A DNA stretch of 64,000 nucleotides from Thermoplasmata archaeon (GCA_021817245.1 JAKAVQ010000006.1:66001-130000); one strand, 5' to 3'. Shown: positions 1 to 10,289, counted from the first letter of the stretch. Numbers and translations: made by a program. Notes: a model not told the origin generated them from the letters alone.

Positions 1-2
1 TC

Positions 3-380
3 ACGCTGATCGCCTACCACCAACCGATCCTGCAGAGCGTGCTCGTCCGCATGATCGGCGAGGTCGCGTACGAGGAGGTCCAGCACCTGCGCGGCCTCGG
101 GCTCGTACGCACCGACCCGAAAGGCGCGACGCTCGAGCTGACGACCACGCGCCGCTTTGCCGAATACTTCGGGATCGCTTCGAGCCGCCCGGAGGAGATC
201 CGCCGTTACCTCGAGCAGAAGCTCGGGGTCGCCCCGGGCGCGCCGCCCTCCCTCGACGCGGCAGCGGTTCCGCCGGGCAGTGCCTCCGCGCCCGCCTCGC
301 CCTCGCCGGAGGTCGACGAGTCCGCCCCAGCGCCCGCTCCGGCCGAGCCTGCGAGCGTCTCGGAGCCCCCCGCGGCGTAG
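3..380 (+). CDS. scpB: SMC-Scp complex subunit ScpB, 3' part (runs off the window start)
   Basis: TLIAYHQPI...TTRRFAEYFG matches the ScpB C-terminal winged-helix signature; Pro/Ala-rich tail. Confidence 0.85.
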   Translation, partial: TLIAYHQPILQSVLVRMIGEVAYEEVQHLRGLGLVRTDPKGATLELTTTRRFAEYFGIASSRPEEIRRYLEQKLGVAPGAPPSLDAAAVPPGSASAPASPSPEVDESAPAPAPAEPASVSEPPAA

Positions 381-675
381 AGCGACCCCCTCGTACGGCG
401 GGCCCGCACGGCCCATCCCCCCGGACCGGGACCGAGAGGCGAGGGGTCCTCCTCGATCTCGGGACGGGTCCCCCCCGGCCGGGTAGTGGGAACCGACTCC
501 GGGACCCGGGTCTCGGCCCTGGCGGGAAAACACGGTCCGGGCCTTGCGCTCCGGCTCCCGTGGCCTCGCCCGTCCCTGGAATGGGACCGGCCCCCCGATA
601 CCGCGAACTCCGACCGGATAACCCACGGAGCGCCGCGAGGGAGAGGACCCTGCCTTCGGGTCGGCGCGCGGGAAG

Positions 676-3036
676 CTACGGGGCCCCGCAGCCGGGGCAC
701 CGTCCGGCTTCCGCGGGTCGCACAGCGCCACAATACGGGCAGAGAAAGGTAGCGCCCGGATAGATTCCCCCCTGGACCCCGGGCCCGTACGGCGCCCCGG
801 GAAGCCCGTGAACGCCGGCAGGGATCATCGAGGGTCCCGTCCGGCGCGAGGGCCGCAGCATGAGGACGATCAGAACGATCCCCGCCACAAGGCCAACGCC
901 GAAGATCGCGAAGATCACCAGCCACGGCACCGAGGGAGACGGCGTCGACGCGGGGACCGGCAGCCCCGGGATCGGCCCGACGTACTGGTAGCTGCGGACG
1001 GTCGCGTTCTCGTCCGCCGCCAGGAAGAGGGGGGCGTCGATCCCGCCCCAGCCCGTGAGCGGATCCCAGCCCGGGGAGGCCGAGAAGACGTAGTTGTGAC
1101 CGGTCGTGACGCCGAGGAACGGATCCCGGGCCGGATCCGGGAAGGCGGCGTAATAGCTCGCGATCCGGTAGATCTCGGGATCCAGGAACCCGAGCGGTGC
1201 CCAGTCGGTGGCGTTGCGCGCGCTCTCTACGGCGATCACGTCGGCCAGCAGTCCCGCGAGCACCGGGCTCGCGATGCTCGTCCCTTCCAGGACCGCGAAG
1301 AAGATCGTGCCGGTCGCGTTTGCGAGGACGGTGGCGATCGTGCTGTTGCCGGCCATGGCGAGGTCCGGCTCGGCCCGGCCGAGGCTGGAAGCGCCCTGGA
1401 GGGCCGTGGCGTTGACGATCGCCGGCTGCGCCGCCGAGTGGAGCTGCCAGTACGGCTCCGGCGTCACCGTGCTCGCCCCCCCCTCGGTGCCCGCGATCGT
1501 CGAGGCACCGGGCGGTGCGTCGTACCAGGCCGTCTGCCCCGCGATCCCGGTCACGTTCGAGTCAAAGCTGAGGTTCAACGAGTTGTTGCCGTAGAAGCCG
1601 GTGGGAGAACCGCCCAGGGAGAGACTGACGCCCCCCACGGCGATCGGTCCCGAGACGTTCGTTGCGGCGGTCCCGGGCCACGTCGGCCAGGGACCGGTGC
1701 CCCGTCCGGTGAGCGAATCCGGTGCGTTCCCCTGGTCTCCGCTCGCGATCGTCACCGTTACCCCCATCGCCGATGCTTCGAGCAGGTCCGCGTTCCAGAG
1801 CGAGTTGTTGAGGTCGGGAAGTCCGAACGAGCCGGTCACCACGCCGAGGTGCTCGGGGGAGTAGTTCTGAGCGAGCGCGGAGGAGAGCGTAGCGGCGAAG
1901 TACCCCGCGATGGACTGGGCGTTCGGCGCCTGGGCCAAGAGGCTCCCTGCGAAGTAGAAGTTGTAGACCGACGCCCCGGGGGCGAGGCTTCCTGCCATCT
2001 CGAGGTCGAGGGAGTTCTCGAACTCGTCGAGGGTCGAGTCGTTCAGGCTCCCGAACGGGCCCGGAGGAGGCGGCGTCACCGTGCCGATCGTTACGGGGAC
2101 CCCGTGGATCGAGGGAGCGGGCCAGTTCGTCGGGAAGGTGGCGTTAAAGTAGGCGTCCACGACCGCCGGGTCGAACGCGGGGAGGTCCTGCTGCAGCGTT
2201 GTGTTGTACCCCCCGGCGAGCAGCGTCGCGATGGCGACGCCGGTCGGGAACGTCGCGTTCGCGACCGAGCCGCCCGGAAAGAGATCGGTCGCGTTGTAGG
2301 CCTGGGTGTAGTCGCTGCCGACGAACCAGTCCGACTGGGTCCGGTTGTCGTGGACGAACGAGGGTGCCGAGGCCAGCTGGCGGACGGGGCGGAGCGCGGA
2401 GGCCCGGAGATTGAACGAGAGCCGTCCCGACCCAAGGTCGCTGAGGCCGTTCACGGCGGCCACCGTCCCCGCAAGACCGCGCGGAAGTCTCGGGGTCCCG
2501 GTCGACGTGTAGAGCGGGACCGATCTTGCGTGCGCGAGGGCGACCAGGTGCACCCCGAGCAGCGCTTCGACCGCGCCGGTAGACATCGTGGCGAGGACCC
2601 CATTGCGGTCCGCGGTGACGGTGACGGAGGTGGCGCCTGCGGCCCGGAGCGCCTGGGTGACGACGGCGACCGACGCCGGGGAGGGGGCGTACTCGTGCTC
2701 GTACTCGGCCTGGGTCAAGAAGTGCCGGTACAGAGGAGACGCCGGGTCGTTGACCGATGCGACGAACCGGGCGAGCGCCGAAGGATCCCGTGGGGTCAGG
2801 GTGAAGCTCAGGTCGAGCGGATACGACGCGGCCAGGGGAGTCACGGAGGCCCCGGCGGGGATCGGGAGTGCGTCCGTTGTCATTGGGCCCGTGGCCAAGG
2901 CGACCGCGACCGGGGCGCGGCCGACCGGGCCCGTCGAAGTGGTCGTGACCAGACCCCCGGCCCAGGCTCCGGTGACCACGACGGAGACGAGGAGGACTGC
3001 GAGTGCACGGCGATCGCGAGCTCGACGAGCACTCAT
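676..3036 (-). CDS. S53 (sedolisin/kumamolisin-type) serine peptidase with pro-domain, C-terminal TM helix and zinc ribbon
   Basis: Signal peptide, pro-domain (YRHFLT..EY...YAPS), ENSLDLE (catalytic E/D), SGDQG oxyanion motif, GTSIASP nucleophile, GWDPLTGWG Ca-binding motif; TM helix then CPYC...CPGC. Confidence 0.92.
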   Translation of the reverse strand: MSARRARDRRALAVLLVSVVVTGAWAGGLVTTTSTGPVGRAPVAVALATGPMTTDALPIPAGASVTPLAASYPLDLSFTLTPRDPSALARFVASVNDPASPLYRHFLTQAEYEHEYAPSPASVAVVTQALRAAGATSVTVTADRNGVLATMSTGAVEALLGVHLVALAHARSVPLYTSTGTPRLPRGLAGTVAAVNGLSDLGSGRLSFNLRASALRPVRQLASAPSFVHDNRTQSDWFVGSDYTQAYNATDLFPGGSVANATFPTGVAIATLLAGGYNTTLQQDLPAFDPAVVDAYFNATFPTNWPAPSIHGVPVTIGTVTPPPPGPFGSLNDSTLDEFENSLDLEMAGSLAPGASVYNFYFAGSLLAQAPNAQSIAGYFAATLSSALAQNYSPEHLGVVTGSFGLPDLNNSLWNADLLEASAMGVTVTIASGDQGNAPDSLTGRGTGPWPTWPGTAATNVSGPIAVGGVSLSLGGSPTGFYGNNSLNLSFDSNVTGIAGQTAWYDAPPGASTIAGTEGGASTVTPEPYWQLHSAAQPAIVNATALQGASSLGRAEPDLAMAGNSTIATVLANATGTIFFAVLEGTSIASPVLAGLLADVIAVESARNATDWAPLGFLDPEIYRIASYYAAFPDPARDPFLGVTTGHNYVFSASPGWDPLTGWGGIDAPLFLAADENATVRSYQYVGPIPGLPVPASTPSPSVPWLVIFAIFGVGLVAGIVLIVLMLRPSRRTGPSMIPAGVHGLPGAPYGPGVQGGIYPGATFLCPYCGAVRPAEAGRCPGCGAP

Positions 3037-3124
3037 GCGCCGGTCCAGAGACGGCCCCCTCTTAATGAGGGTGCGGTCCCGGGGCTCGGGAAATCTTTAG
3101 TCACGGCGGCGTCTCCGAGGGAGG

Positions 3125-3550
3125 ATGGCGATCCCGGACGGCGGGAAGGTCACCGCGTGCGTCTTCTGCGATATCGTGGCCCGCCGCGCCCCGGCGTGGA
3201 TCGTCTACGAGGACGCAACGACGCTGGCGTTCCTCGACATCTTCCCCTTCACCCGGGGGCACCAGCTCGTGATCCCGAAACGACACGGAGCGCGCCTGAC
3301 CGACCTTCCCTTCGATGACCAGATGGCGCTGATCCGTTCGCTTGACGAGGTCTGCCGACGGTCCGAACGGCTCTCCGCGGATTACAACGTCGCGCTGAAC
3401 GCCGGCGCGCGGGCCGGCCAGATCGTCTTCCACGTCCACTTTCACGTGATTCCCCGCTACGGCGAAGCGAACCCGTTCCGGTCGACCTCGCGCGCCCCGC
3501 TGGCCGAAGCGGAAGCCCGGTCGTTGGTCGCCGAGCTCTCCCGGACGTGA
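3125..3550 (+). CDS. HIT family nucleotide hydrolase
   Basis: CVFCDI, GHQLVIPKRH and histidine triad HVHFHVIPR. Confidence 0.93.
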   Translation: MAIPDGGKVTACVFCDIVARRAPAWIVYEDATTLAFLDIFPFTRGHQLVIPKRHGARLTDLPFDDQMALIRSLDEVCRRSERLSADYNVALNAGARAGQIVFHVHFHVIPRYGEANPFRSTSRAPLAEAEARSLVAELSRT

Positions 3551-3557
3551 CCCGACC

Positions 3558-4421
3558 GTGGAGCGCTCGTTCCGGCCCCCGGCGGTCGCGGGCCAGTTCT
3601 ACGAGCGGGACGGGGCCTCGCTCGCCCATCAGGTCGAGCAGTGTTTCCGGGACCCTCGGGGCCCGGGTGGGATCCCGCCTCCGCATCGCGCTTCCGACCG
3701 GCGGGTGCGCGGCGCGGTCGTGCCGCACGCGGGGTACGTGTACTCCGGCCCCATCGCGGCCCACGCGTTCTACCACATCGCGGCGGAGCGTCCTCCCGAG
3801 TCGGTGCTCGTTCTCGGCGTCGACCATCGTGGCACCTCCCGGGGAGCCGCGCTCTCGGATCGCCCCTGGCTGACCCCGCTCGGCCCGACCGCGGTCGACC
3901 ATGACCTCGTCCGCGCGCTCGCACGGGGCCCGATCGAGGTCGACGAAGAGGCCCACCGCGGGGAGCATTCGATCGAGGTCGAGCTGCCGTTCCTCGAGTA
4001 CGTCCTGCCGAAGCCGAAGTTCGTGGCGCTGATGGTCGCCCACGGACCCCTCGAGCTCCTCGAGGAGGTCGGCCGGATCGTCCGCGACGCCGTCGGCGAG
4101 CGCGACGTGCTCCTCCTCGCGTCGACGGACTTCTCCCACTACGTTCCGGCGCCCACGGCGGACCGTCTCGATCATCTTGCGATCGATGCGATCCTCTCCC
4201 GCGACCCCGGCCGTCTCTACCGGACGGTGGCGCGGGAGCAGATCTCGATGTGCGGGATCGCTCCGACCACCGTGCTCCTCGCGGCGACGCGGGAGGAACC
4301 CCTCTCGGCCCGCCTCCTCCGATGGGGCCATTCGGGCGAGGCCGCTCCGATGGGCGAGGTCGTCGGCTACGCCTCGCTCCTCCTCGAGGACGTGCGCGGG
4401 GGTCCGCCCGCCCTTAAATAG
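3558..4421 (+). CDS. MEMO1 family / AmmeMemoRadiSam system protein B
   Basis: RPPAVAGQFY, VPHAGYVYSG, EHSIEVELPFL, STDFSHY, SMCG, VVGYAS motifs. Confidence 0.93.
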   Translation: MERSFRPPAVAGQFYERDGASLAHQVEQCFRDPRGPGGIPPPHRASDRRVRGAVVPHAGYVYSGPIAAHAFYHIAAERPPESVLVLGVDHRGTSRGAALSDRPWLTPLGPTAVDHDLVRALARGPIEVDEEAHRGEHSIEVELPFLEYVLPKPKFVALMVAHGPLELLEEVGRIVRDAVGERDVLLLASTDFSHYVPAPTADRLDHLAIDAILSRDPGRLYRTVAREQISMCGIAPTTVLLAATREEPLSARLLRWGHSGEAAPMGEVVGYASLLLEDVRGGPPALK

Positions 4422-4450
4422 GGAGGGGCGCTCGGCGCGCCCGTCCCGGC

Positions 4451-5026
4451 ATGATCCTCTCGGATAGCCGCATCCGCGCCGCGATGGCCGAGGGCCGGAT
4501 CGTAGTCCGTCCGTTCCGTGACGACTGCTTGGGCACGAACTCGTACGACGTGCACCTCGGGCCGTACATCTCGGTGTACCGGACCGCTGCGCTCGACGCC
4601 CGTCGGCCGAACCCGGTCGAGGAGTTCCGCATCCCGAAGGAGGGGTTTGTGCTGGTCCCCGGCCAGCTCTACCTCGGAGTGACCGAGGAGTACACCGAGA
4701 CGCACGGCTACGTGCCCTTCCTCGAGGGGAAATCGAGCGTCGGCCGTCTCGGCATCGACATCCACTCGACGGCCGGTAAAGGGGACGAGGGCTTCTGCAA
4801 CTACTGGACGCTCGAAATGAGCGTCAAGCTGCCGGTCCGAATCTACGCCGGGATGCCGGTGGGGCAGCTGATCTACTTCGAGATCTCGGGGGAGGTCGCG
4901 CGCAGCTACGGAGCGAAGCGTTCGGCGAAGTACCGTCGGGTCTCGCCACACCCGACCCCGTCGCGCATGTACCTCAACTTCCCGGCCCCCCGCTCCCGCC
5001 GCCGCCGCGGTCCTCGGAGCCCCTGA
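4451..5026 (+). CDS. dcd: dCTP deaminase
   Basis: MILSD, NSYDVHL, EGKSSVGRLG, TLEM, GQLIYF; TTAAATA box about 35 nt upstream. Confidence 0.92.
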   Translation: MILSDSRIRAAMAEGRIVVRPFRDDCLGTNSYDVHLGPYISVYRTAALDARRPNPVEEFRIPKEGFVLVPGQLYLGVTEEYTETHGYVPFLEGKSSVGRLGIDIHSTAGKGDEGFCNYWTLEMSVKLPVRIYAGMPVGQLIYFEISGEVARSYGAKRSAKYRRVSPHPTPSRMYLNFPAPRSRRRRGPRSP

Positions 5027-5047
5027 CCGGGACGGCCGATCCGTGGC

Positions 5048-7948
5048 CTAGGAGGACGGGCCGGCGCCCGGCTTTACAAGGTAGAACGCGGGACGCCCCG
5101 GCCGCGCTCGCTCCCGGCGCCCCAGCGGGTCGCGGGAGGCCGCCTCTGCCTCGCGGAGTACGGAGACCGCGCGGAACCCGAACCGGGCGGCCAGGTACCC
5201 CTCCGCCGCCCGCAGGGTCCCGACCTCGTCGACCGCGGGTCCTTCCAACGGCGGCTCGGAGCGCAGGAGCGGGCCGATCCGTTGAACGTAGCGGGCCACC
5301 TCGGACCGGTGCGCGGCGACCTCGGGATCGGTCGTTCCCCGCTCGAGGATCGCTCGGATCGAGGGCGACTCGCCGCGCTCGACGGCCTCCCGCATCCACC
5401 GTTCGACATTCGACTTCCACGGCTCGGCGACATAGAAGAGCACCTCTTCGGGCACCCGCTCGCCCCGATCGGTGGCGAGTCGGACGACCGACCTTAGGTC
5501 GTCCTCGACGCGCTCGAGGTAGGCTTCGCGGGCCTCCGCGACCGGAGAGAGGGGGAAGTCCTCGGGCGACGGGAGCGGCTGGACCGCGACGAGCCCACCG
5601 AACCGGCCGGCCCCAAGCTCCTCCGCCAGATGTGGGACGATCGGAGCGACGAGTCGGAGCCACGCCGACCCGACACGGTCGCTCGCGCCCCCGGGCGTCC
5701 CGCCGCGGGCGTAGTACCGCTTGAGGAGCGTGGGAAGCGCGACGCACGTAAGCTCGGAGGCGCCGCGGAGGTCGCTCGCCGCGTACGCCGAGCGCACGTC
5801 GCCGATCAACCGGTGCATGCGGGAGGCGAGCCAGGCATCCAGTTCAGGGGGGCCCTCTCCATCGCCGCGACTCTCTCGGATCATGCGCTCGACCTCGTTC
5901 AGTCGGTCGCGCGCCGCGTCGACGAGCCCGGGGTCCCACGCCGCGTCGTGGGCCGGGGACGTCGCGATGAGGTAGTAGAGGCGGAGCGGGTCCGGCCCCC
6001 ACTCGGTGAGCGCCGCCTCGATCGAAGGGATCCGCCCCCCCTTCGCGCCGACGTCCTTCTTCGAGAGCTTGTCGCCCGCGGGTCCGGTGATCCAGTTGTG
6101 CACGAAGATCCCCTTCGGTCGGAGCTCCTCGGGAAGGAGCTTCGCGTGGGTGTAGAGGAAGACCGGGAAGTGGACCCGCTTGTGCTCCTTCCCACCGAGG
6201 TTGAGGTCGAGGGGATACCAGTACAGGAATTCCTCGCGGACCTCCTGCTGGAGCCGTCGGTCGACCGTCGGCTCACCCTCCCCGGAGCCGCGAAAGACGT
6301 AGTCGAAGAACGCCTCGCTGAGCTGTTCGGTCTTCAGGCGCCCGGTGCTGACGAACCGCCGGACGACGAAGTACGCCATGTAGAACGTGGAGTCGGCGAT
6401 CGGCTCGATGGTCCAGTCCGGGTCGAACGGGAACGGAGTGCCGAGCCACCGACCGCGGCGCGTGCACGGCCGGTCGTCATACCAGTCCAGGATCCCGGAG
6501 AGCTCGGCTCCGTACTCGGGGGGGACCGTGGTGAGCCGCTCGGCGAGCCCAAGGGTCGCTCGCTTCCAGTCCGGGTCTCCGTAGTGGAGGAACCACTGGT
6601 CCGGAACGCGGCGGATCACCACTTCGTGGCCATTGCGGCAGATCACGGGGATCGAGAACTCCTGGAGCTCGAACCCCCGCCCCTCCTTCGTGAGCTCGGA
6701 TGCGACCCTCTCCCGCGCCTCCCGGACCGGGACGCCCGAAAGCGGGGGGACGTTCATCCGGCCCCGCACGAACTCGAGGCGGTAGAGTCGCTCGGTCGCC
6801 GCAGCGAGCTGCTCGCGGTCGGCAAGTCTCATTACGCCGGTCGCCCGGAGCGCGCGCTCCGCGAGCGTGCCTTCCCCCGCCGTGAGCTCCCGCTCGGAGG
6901 GAGTGAGTCCCTCGGGCCGGGGGACCTCGATGAGGATCGGCGGAGGGCCAAGCTCCGCGCGCATCGGCTCCGGTAGCTCGGCGATCGCCGCGGCGTCGGC
7001 GGGCGCATGCGCCGGTACGCTCATCACGACCCCCGTGCCGATCGTGGGATCGACGAGCGGGCTCTCGAGCACCGGTACCGAAACCTCGCGCAGCGGGACC
7101 CGAACGCGCCGACCGACGATCTCGGCGGCCGGGACCTCGTGGCCGAGTCGGCCCCCGTGCTGCTCGACCAGGTGCTCCGCCCCCTTTCGCCCGACGAGGT
7201 AGGCGCGCTCTCCGTGATGCCAAACCACGAGCGTAGCGCCGGGCGCGACCCACAGGTTGGTCACGCCGTAGACCGTCTCGGGGCGCAGGGTCGCGGTGAG
7301 CAGCGCTCGGCCGTCCTCGAGCGGGAAGGCGACCGCGGTGTAACGCAGCGTTTCCGCGGTCCCGCCCGTGGAGAGGTCGGTCTCGGAGGGATCGACGGCG
7401 ACCGGTCCGCAGACCGGGCAGACCGGTGAGTAGTGAGTCCCCTGCACGAGGGCTCCTGCTGCGCGGAGGGCGTGGAACTGCCACCGCACGAACGCGCGGT
7501 AGTCCTCGTCGATGGTGGTGACGTACGTCGATTCGTCGACCAGCGCGCCGATCGAGCGCAGCACGCGCCGGTACGATTCGCCGAGGAAGCGGGCCGCCGC
7601 CTCGGGCTCTTCGAGGGCGGGCCAGTCCGAGGAAGGGACGTGCTCGATCTCGAGCAGGTGCACGGTCGTCGGGTCCCGGTCGCGCACCTTCCGCGAAAAG
7701 GTCACCGCCGGTATGCCGGAGGCGTGGACGCCGAACGGAAAGAGGACCTCCTGGCCGAGCATCCGGTGGTATCGGTGGAGGGCATCCGCGTACACGAGGG
7801 CGAGCAGATGGCCGACGTGGAAGAACCCGCTCGTGCCCGGATAGGCGACGAGCGCGAAGTACTTCTCCCGGCCGGGCACCCGGTGCCCGCTCGCGAGGCC
7901 GGCCTTCGCCCAGGCCTCTTGCCAGTGACGGGCCCTCGCGGGATCCAT
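5048..7948 (-). CDS. leuS: Leucyl-tRNA synthetase, archaeal type
   Basis: HVGH (HIGH motif), CP1 editing motifs TLRPETVYGVTN and GTGVVMSVPAHAPAD, EFLYWYPLD, KLSKK (KMSKS variant), C-terminal ARPGRPAF; start set at ATG of MDPAR. Confidence 0.93.
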   Translation of the reverse strand: MDPARARHWQEAWAKAGLASGHRVPGREKYFALVAYPGTSGFFHVGHLLALVYADALHRYHRMLGQEVLFPFGVHASGIPAVTFSRKVRDRDPTTVHLLEIEHVPSSDWPALEEPEAAARFLGESYRRVLRSIGALVDESTYVTTIDEDYRAFVRWQFHALRAAGALVQGTHYSPVCPVCGPVAVDPSETDLSTGGTAETLRYTAVAFPLEDGRALLTATLRPETVYGVTNLWVAPGATLVVWHHGERAYLVGRKGAEHLVEQHGGRLGHEVPAAEIVGRRVRVPLREVSVPVLESPLVDPTIGTGVVMSVPAHAPADAAAIAELPEPMRAELGPPPILIEVPRPEGLTPSERELTAGEGTLAERALRATGVMRLADREQLAAATERLYRLEFVRGRMNVPPLSGVPVREARERVASELTKEGRGFELQEFSIPVICRNGHEVVIRRVPDQWFLHYGDPDWKRATLGLAERLTTVPPEYGAELSGILDWYDDRPCTRRGRWLGTPFPFDPDWTIEPIADSTFYMAYFVVRRFVSTGRLKTEQLSEAFFDYVFRGSGEGEPTVDRRLQQEVREEFLYWYPLDLNLGGKEHKRVHFPVFLYTHAKLLPEELRPKGIFVHNWITGPAGDKLSKKDVGAKGGRIPSIEAALTEWGPDPLRLYYLIATSPAHDAAWDPGLVDAARDRLNEVERMIRESRGDGEGPPELDAWLASRMHRLIGDVRSAYAASDLRGASELTCVALPTLLKRYYARGGTPGGASDRVGSAWLRLVAPIVPHLAEELGAGRFGGLVAVQPLPSPEDFPLSPVAEAREAYLERVEDDLRSVVRLATDRGERVPEEVLFYVAEPWKSNVERWMREAVERGESPSIRAILERGTTDPEVAAHRSEVARYVQRIGPLLRSEPPLEGPAVDEVGTLRAAEGYLAARFGFRAVSVLREAEAASRDPLGRRERARPGRPAFYLVKPGAGPSS

Positions 7949-8046
7949 GATCGGCGCTCGACGCGGCCGCCGTATTTGAGCCCGTTGCGCTGGCCGGCCG
8001 GACGGGGCGGAAACGCCAAGAGGCCCGGGCCCCACCGCCTTCCACG

Positions 8047-8676
8047 ATGCGGATCATCGAGGTCTTCCACTCAATCCAGGGAGAAGGTCCGTTCACCGGG
8101 TTCCGCACGACGTTCGTACGGACCGCGCGCTGCAACCTCCGCTGCGCCTGGTGCGACACCCCGTACTCCTTTGGGCCGGGGCGCGCCCGCTCGGTCGCGT
8201 CGATCGTCCGGGAGGTCGTGCGGAACCGCACCCGCCACGTCTGTCTCACCGGCGGCGAGCCCCTCCTCCAGGCGGAGTCGGTCGAGCTCCTGCGGGAGCT
8301 CGGACACCGGGGGGTGGAGAGCGTGGTCGAGACGGGCGGCTCGCTGGATGTCCGACCGTACCTCGAGCTTCCCCACGTCGCGCTGAGCGTCGACGTAAAG
8401 TGCCCCTCCTCCCGGATGGAGGACCGCAACCGCTGGACGAACCTCCCCCTCCTGCGGACCGGCGACATCGTGAAGTTCGTGATCGCGGACCGCACGGACT
8501 ATCTCTATGCGAAGCGCGTGCTCCGACGGTATCCTCTCGCGCCGACGATCGTATTTCAGCCGGTCTGGGGGACGGACGCGGGCCGTCTCGCGGACTGGGT
8601 GCTGCGCGACCACCTCGACGTGCGGGTTATGCTTCAGGAGCACAAGGTCCTCTGGGGCGACGTGCCCGGACGCTAG
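8047..8676 (+). CDS. queE: 7-carboxy-7-deazaguanine synthase (radical SAM)
   Basis: EVFHSIQGEG, CNLRCAWCDT (CxxxCxxC), TGGEPLLQ, QEHKVLW. Confidence 0.9.
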   Translation: MRIIEVFHSIQGEGPFTGFRTTFVRTARCNLRCAWCDTPYSFGPGRARSVASIVREVVRNRTRHVCLTGGEPLLQAESVELLRELGHRGVESVVETGGSLDVRPYLELPHVALSVDVKCPSSRMEDRNRWTNLPLLRTGDIVKFVIADRTDYLYAKRVLRRYPLAPTIVFQPVWGTDAGRLADWVLRDHLDVRVMLQEHKVLWGDVPGR

Positions 8677-8741
8677 GGCGTGTCTCACGGCGGACCACCG
8701 GAAGCCTAAAGAGCCGCGTGTCTAGGTTCGGCCCCTCGACC

Positions 8742-9851
8742 ATGTCCGACGCTCGCACGCTCGCAACGGGGTGGATGCCGAGCGCGGAGAGCGTCTTCGG
8801 CAAGGCGAAGGGGATGGTCTTTCCCCGGATCGTGCTGGTCGGCCACGGGGTGATCGACGATCTCGCGCGCACCTGTCACCAGTTCGACTTTCCCCGGCGA
8901 GGGTTTGTCGTTACTGGACCGCGGACCGCCGAGCTCGCCGGCCACCGGGCGACCAAGATCCTCAACGAGGGCGGGTTCGAAGCCACCACCGTGATCGCTC
9001 ACGAGGCGACCGAAGCGGAGGTCGCTCGGGTCGAGAGCGAAGTGCGGGCCGGTGGAGGTCGGTTCGTGATCGGCGTTGGCGGGGGCAGCAAGATCGACGT
9101 GACCAAGGTCGTCGCGGCGCACCTCTCGATCCCGTTCGTGAGCCTCCCGACGTCGGCGGCGCACGACGGGATCTCCTCCCCCCGCGCGTCGCTGCACGGC
9201 GTGGGGAGCGCGACGAGCACCGAGGCCGCGGTCCCGATCGGTGTCATCGCCGACACCGAACTCATCGTCCAGGCACCGTTCCGTTTGCTCGCCTCGGGCT
9301 GCGCCGACGTCATCTCGAACCTCACCGCCGTTCTCGACTGGAAGCTCGCGGTCCGTCTGCGCAACGAGGAGTACTCGAGCACCGCCGCGACGCTGAGCGC
9401 GTACGCCGCCGAGGAGATCATGGAGCATGCGGACGCGATCAAACCGAACCTCGAGGAGTCCGTCTGGATCGCGATCCGGCCCATCCTCGTCGCAGGGATC
9501 GCGATGAGCGTGGCCGGTTCCTCCCGCCCCTGCTCGGGAAGCGAGCACCTCTTCAGCCACGCCCTCGATCGAGTTTCCGAGCATCCGAGCCTGCACGGCG
9601 AGCAGTGCGGCGTCGGAGCGATCATGATGATGTACCTGCACGGAGGCGACTGGCGCCGTCTCAAGGAGGCGCTGCTCGCGATCGGCGCACCCACGACCGC
9701 CCGCGAGCTCGGGGTCACCCCCGACGAGATCGTCCGGGCGCTCGTAATGGCCCACTCGATCCGACCGGACCGCTACACGATCCTCGGCGACAATGGGCTC
9801 ACCCAGCACGCGGCCGAACGGCTCGCGCGGGTGACCGGTGTGGTGGGGTGA
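8742..9851 (+). CDS. egsA: NAD(P)-dependent sn-glycerol-1-phosphate dehydrogenase
   Basis: GVGGGSKIDVTK, PTSAAHDGISS, SRPCSGSEHLFSHALD, HGEQCG, RPDRYTIL. Confidence 0.95.
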   Translation: MSDARTLATGWMPSAESVFGKAKGMVFPRIVLVGHGVIDDLARTCHQFDFPRRGFVVTGPRTAELAGHRATKILNEGGFEATTVIAHEATEAEVARVESEVRAGGGRFVIGVGGGSKIDVTKVVAAHLSIPFVSLPTSAAHDGISSPRASLHGVGSATSTEAAVPIGVIADTELIVQAPFRLLASGCADVISNLTAVLDWKLAVRLRNEEYSSTAATLSAYAAEEIMEHADAIKPNLEESVWIAIRPILVAGIAMSVAGSSRPCSGSEHLFSHALDRVSEHPSLHGEQCGVGAIMMMYLHGGDWRRLKEALLAIGAPTTARELGVTPDEIVRALVMAHSIRPDRYTILGDNGLTQHAAERLARVTGVVG

Positions 9852-9860
9852 GCGGGACCG

Positions 9861-10289
9861 ATGGCCGAGATCACGTTGCTGTCGAAAGCGGAGGCACGCG
9901 AGGGATACGAGTTCGTCTACGAGGGGGGAGGCCCGGTGTGCCGGACCTGCCCGTACCGCCACGCCTGCCTTACGCTCGACCCCGGACGGCGGTACACCGT
10001 CGTGAAGGTCCGCTCGGTGGCGCACCCCTGCGCCCTCCAGGAGACCGAGGCGAACGTCGTCGAGGTGAAGGCCGTCCCGCGATCGCTCGTGGTCGACCAC
10101 CGCAGCGCGATCGTCGGGAGCTCGGTCGAGGTCGGACGGTATCCGTGCCGACGGCTGGACTGCCCGAACTGGTGGGACTGCGCCGGCCCATCGCTCCCCG
10201 CGAAGCAGCGATACCGGATCGGCGCGGTCACTCCCGGCACGGCCGAGTGCCGGATCGGCCGAACGTTGAAACGGGTCGAGGCCGTCTAG
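9861..10289 (+). CDS. UPF0179 family protein
   Basis: ITLL..AREGYEF, CxxC...C, HPCALQE and further Cys; the family's usual position downstream of egsA in archaea. Confidence 0.85.
   Translation: MAEITLLSKAEAREGYEFVYEGGGPVCRTCPYRHACLTLDPGRRYTVVKVRSVAHPCALQETEANVVEVKAVPRSLVVDHRSAIVGSSVEVGRYPCRRLDCPNWWDCAGPSLPAKQRYRIGAVTPGTAECRIGRTLKRVEAV

Noticed and set aside
381-675. GC-rich hairpin-forming intergenic region considered as SRP RNA or RNase P RNA
   Set aside because: No SRP helix-8 (CCAGG..GGAA..AGCA) or RNase P (GAGGAAAGTCC) signature found on either strand; hairpins are expected at this GC content.
808-3318. Long antisense or alternative-frame ORFs (e.g. 808-3318, 6477-8495, 18447-20807, 26431-28794, 40280-42427)
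   Set aside because: Arg/Gly/Pro-rich shadow frames of well-supported genes, typical of high-GC DNA.
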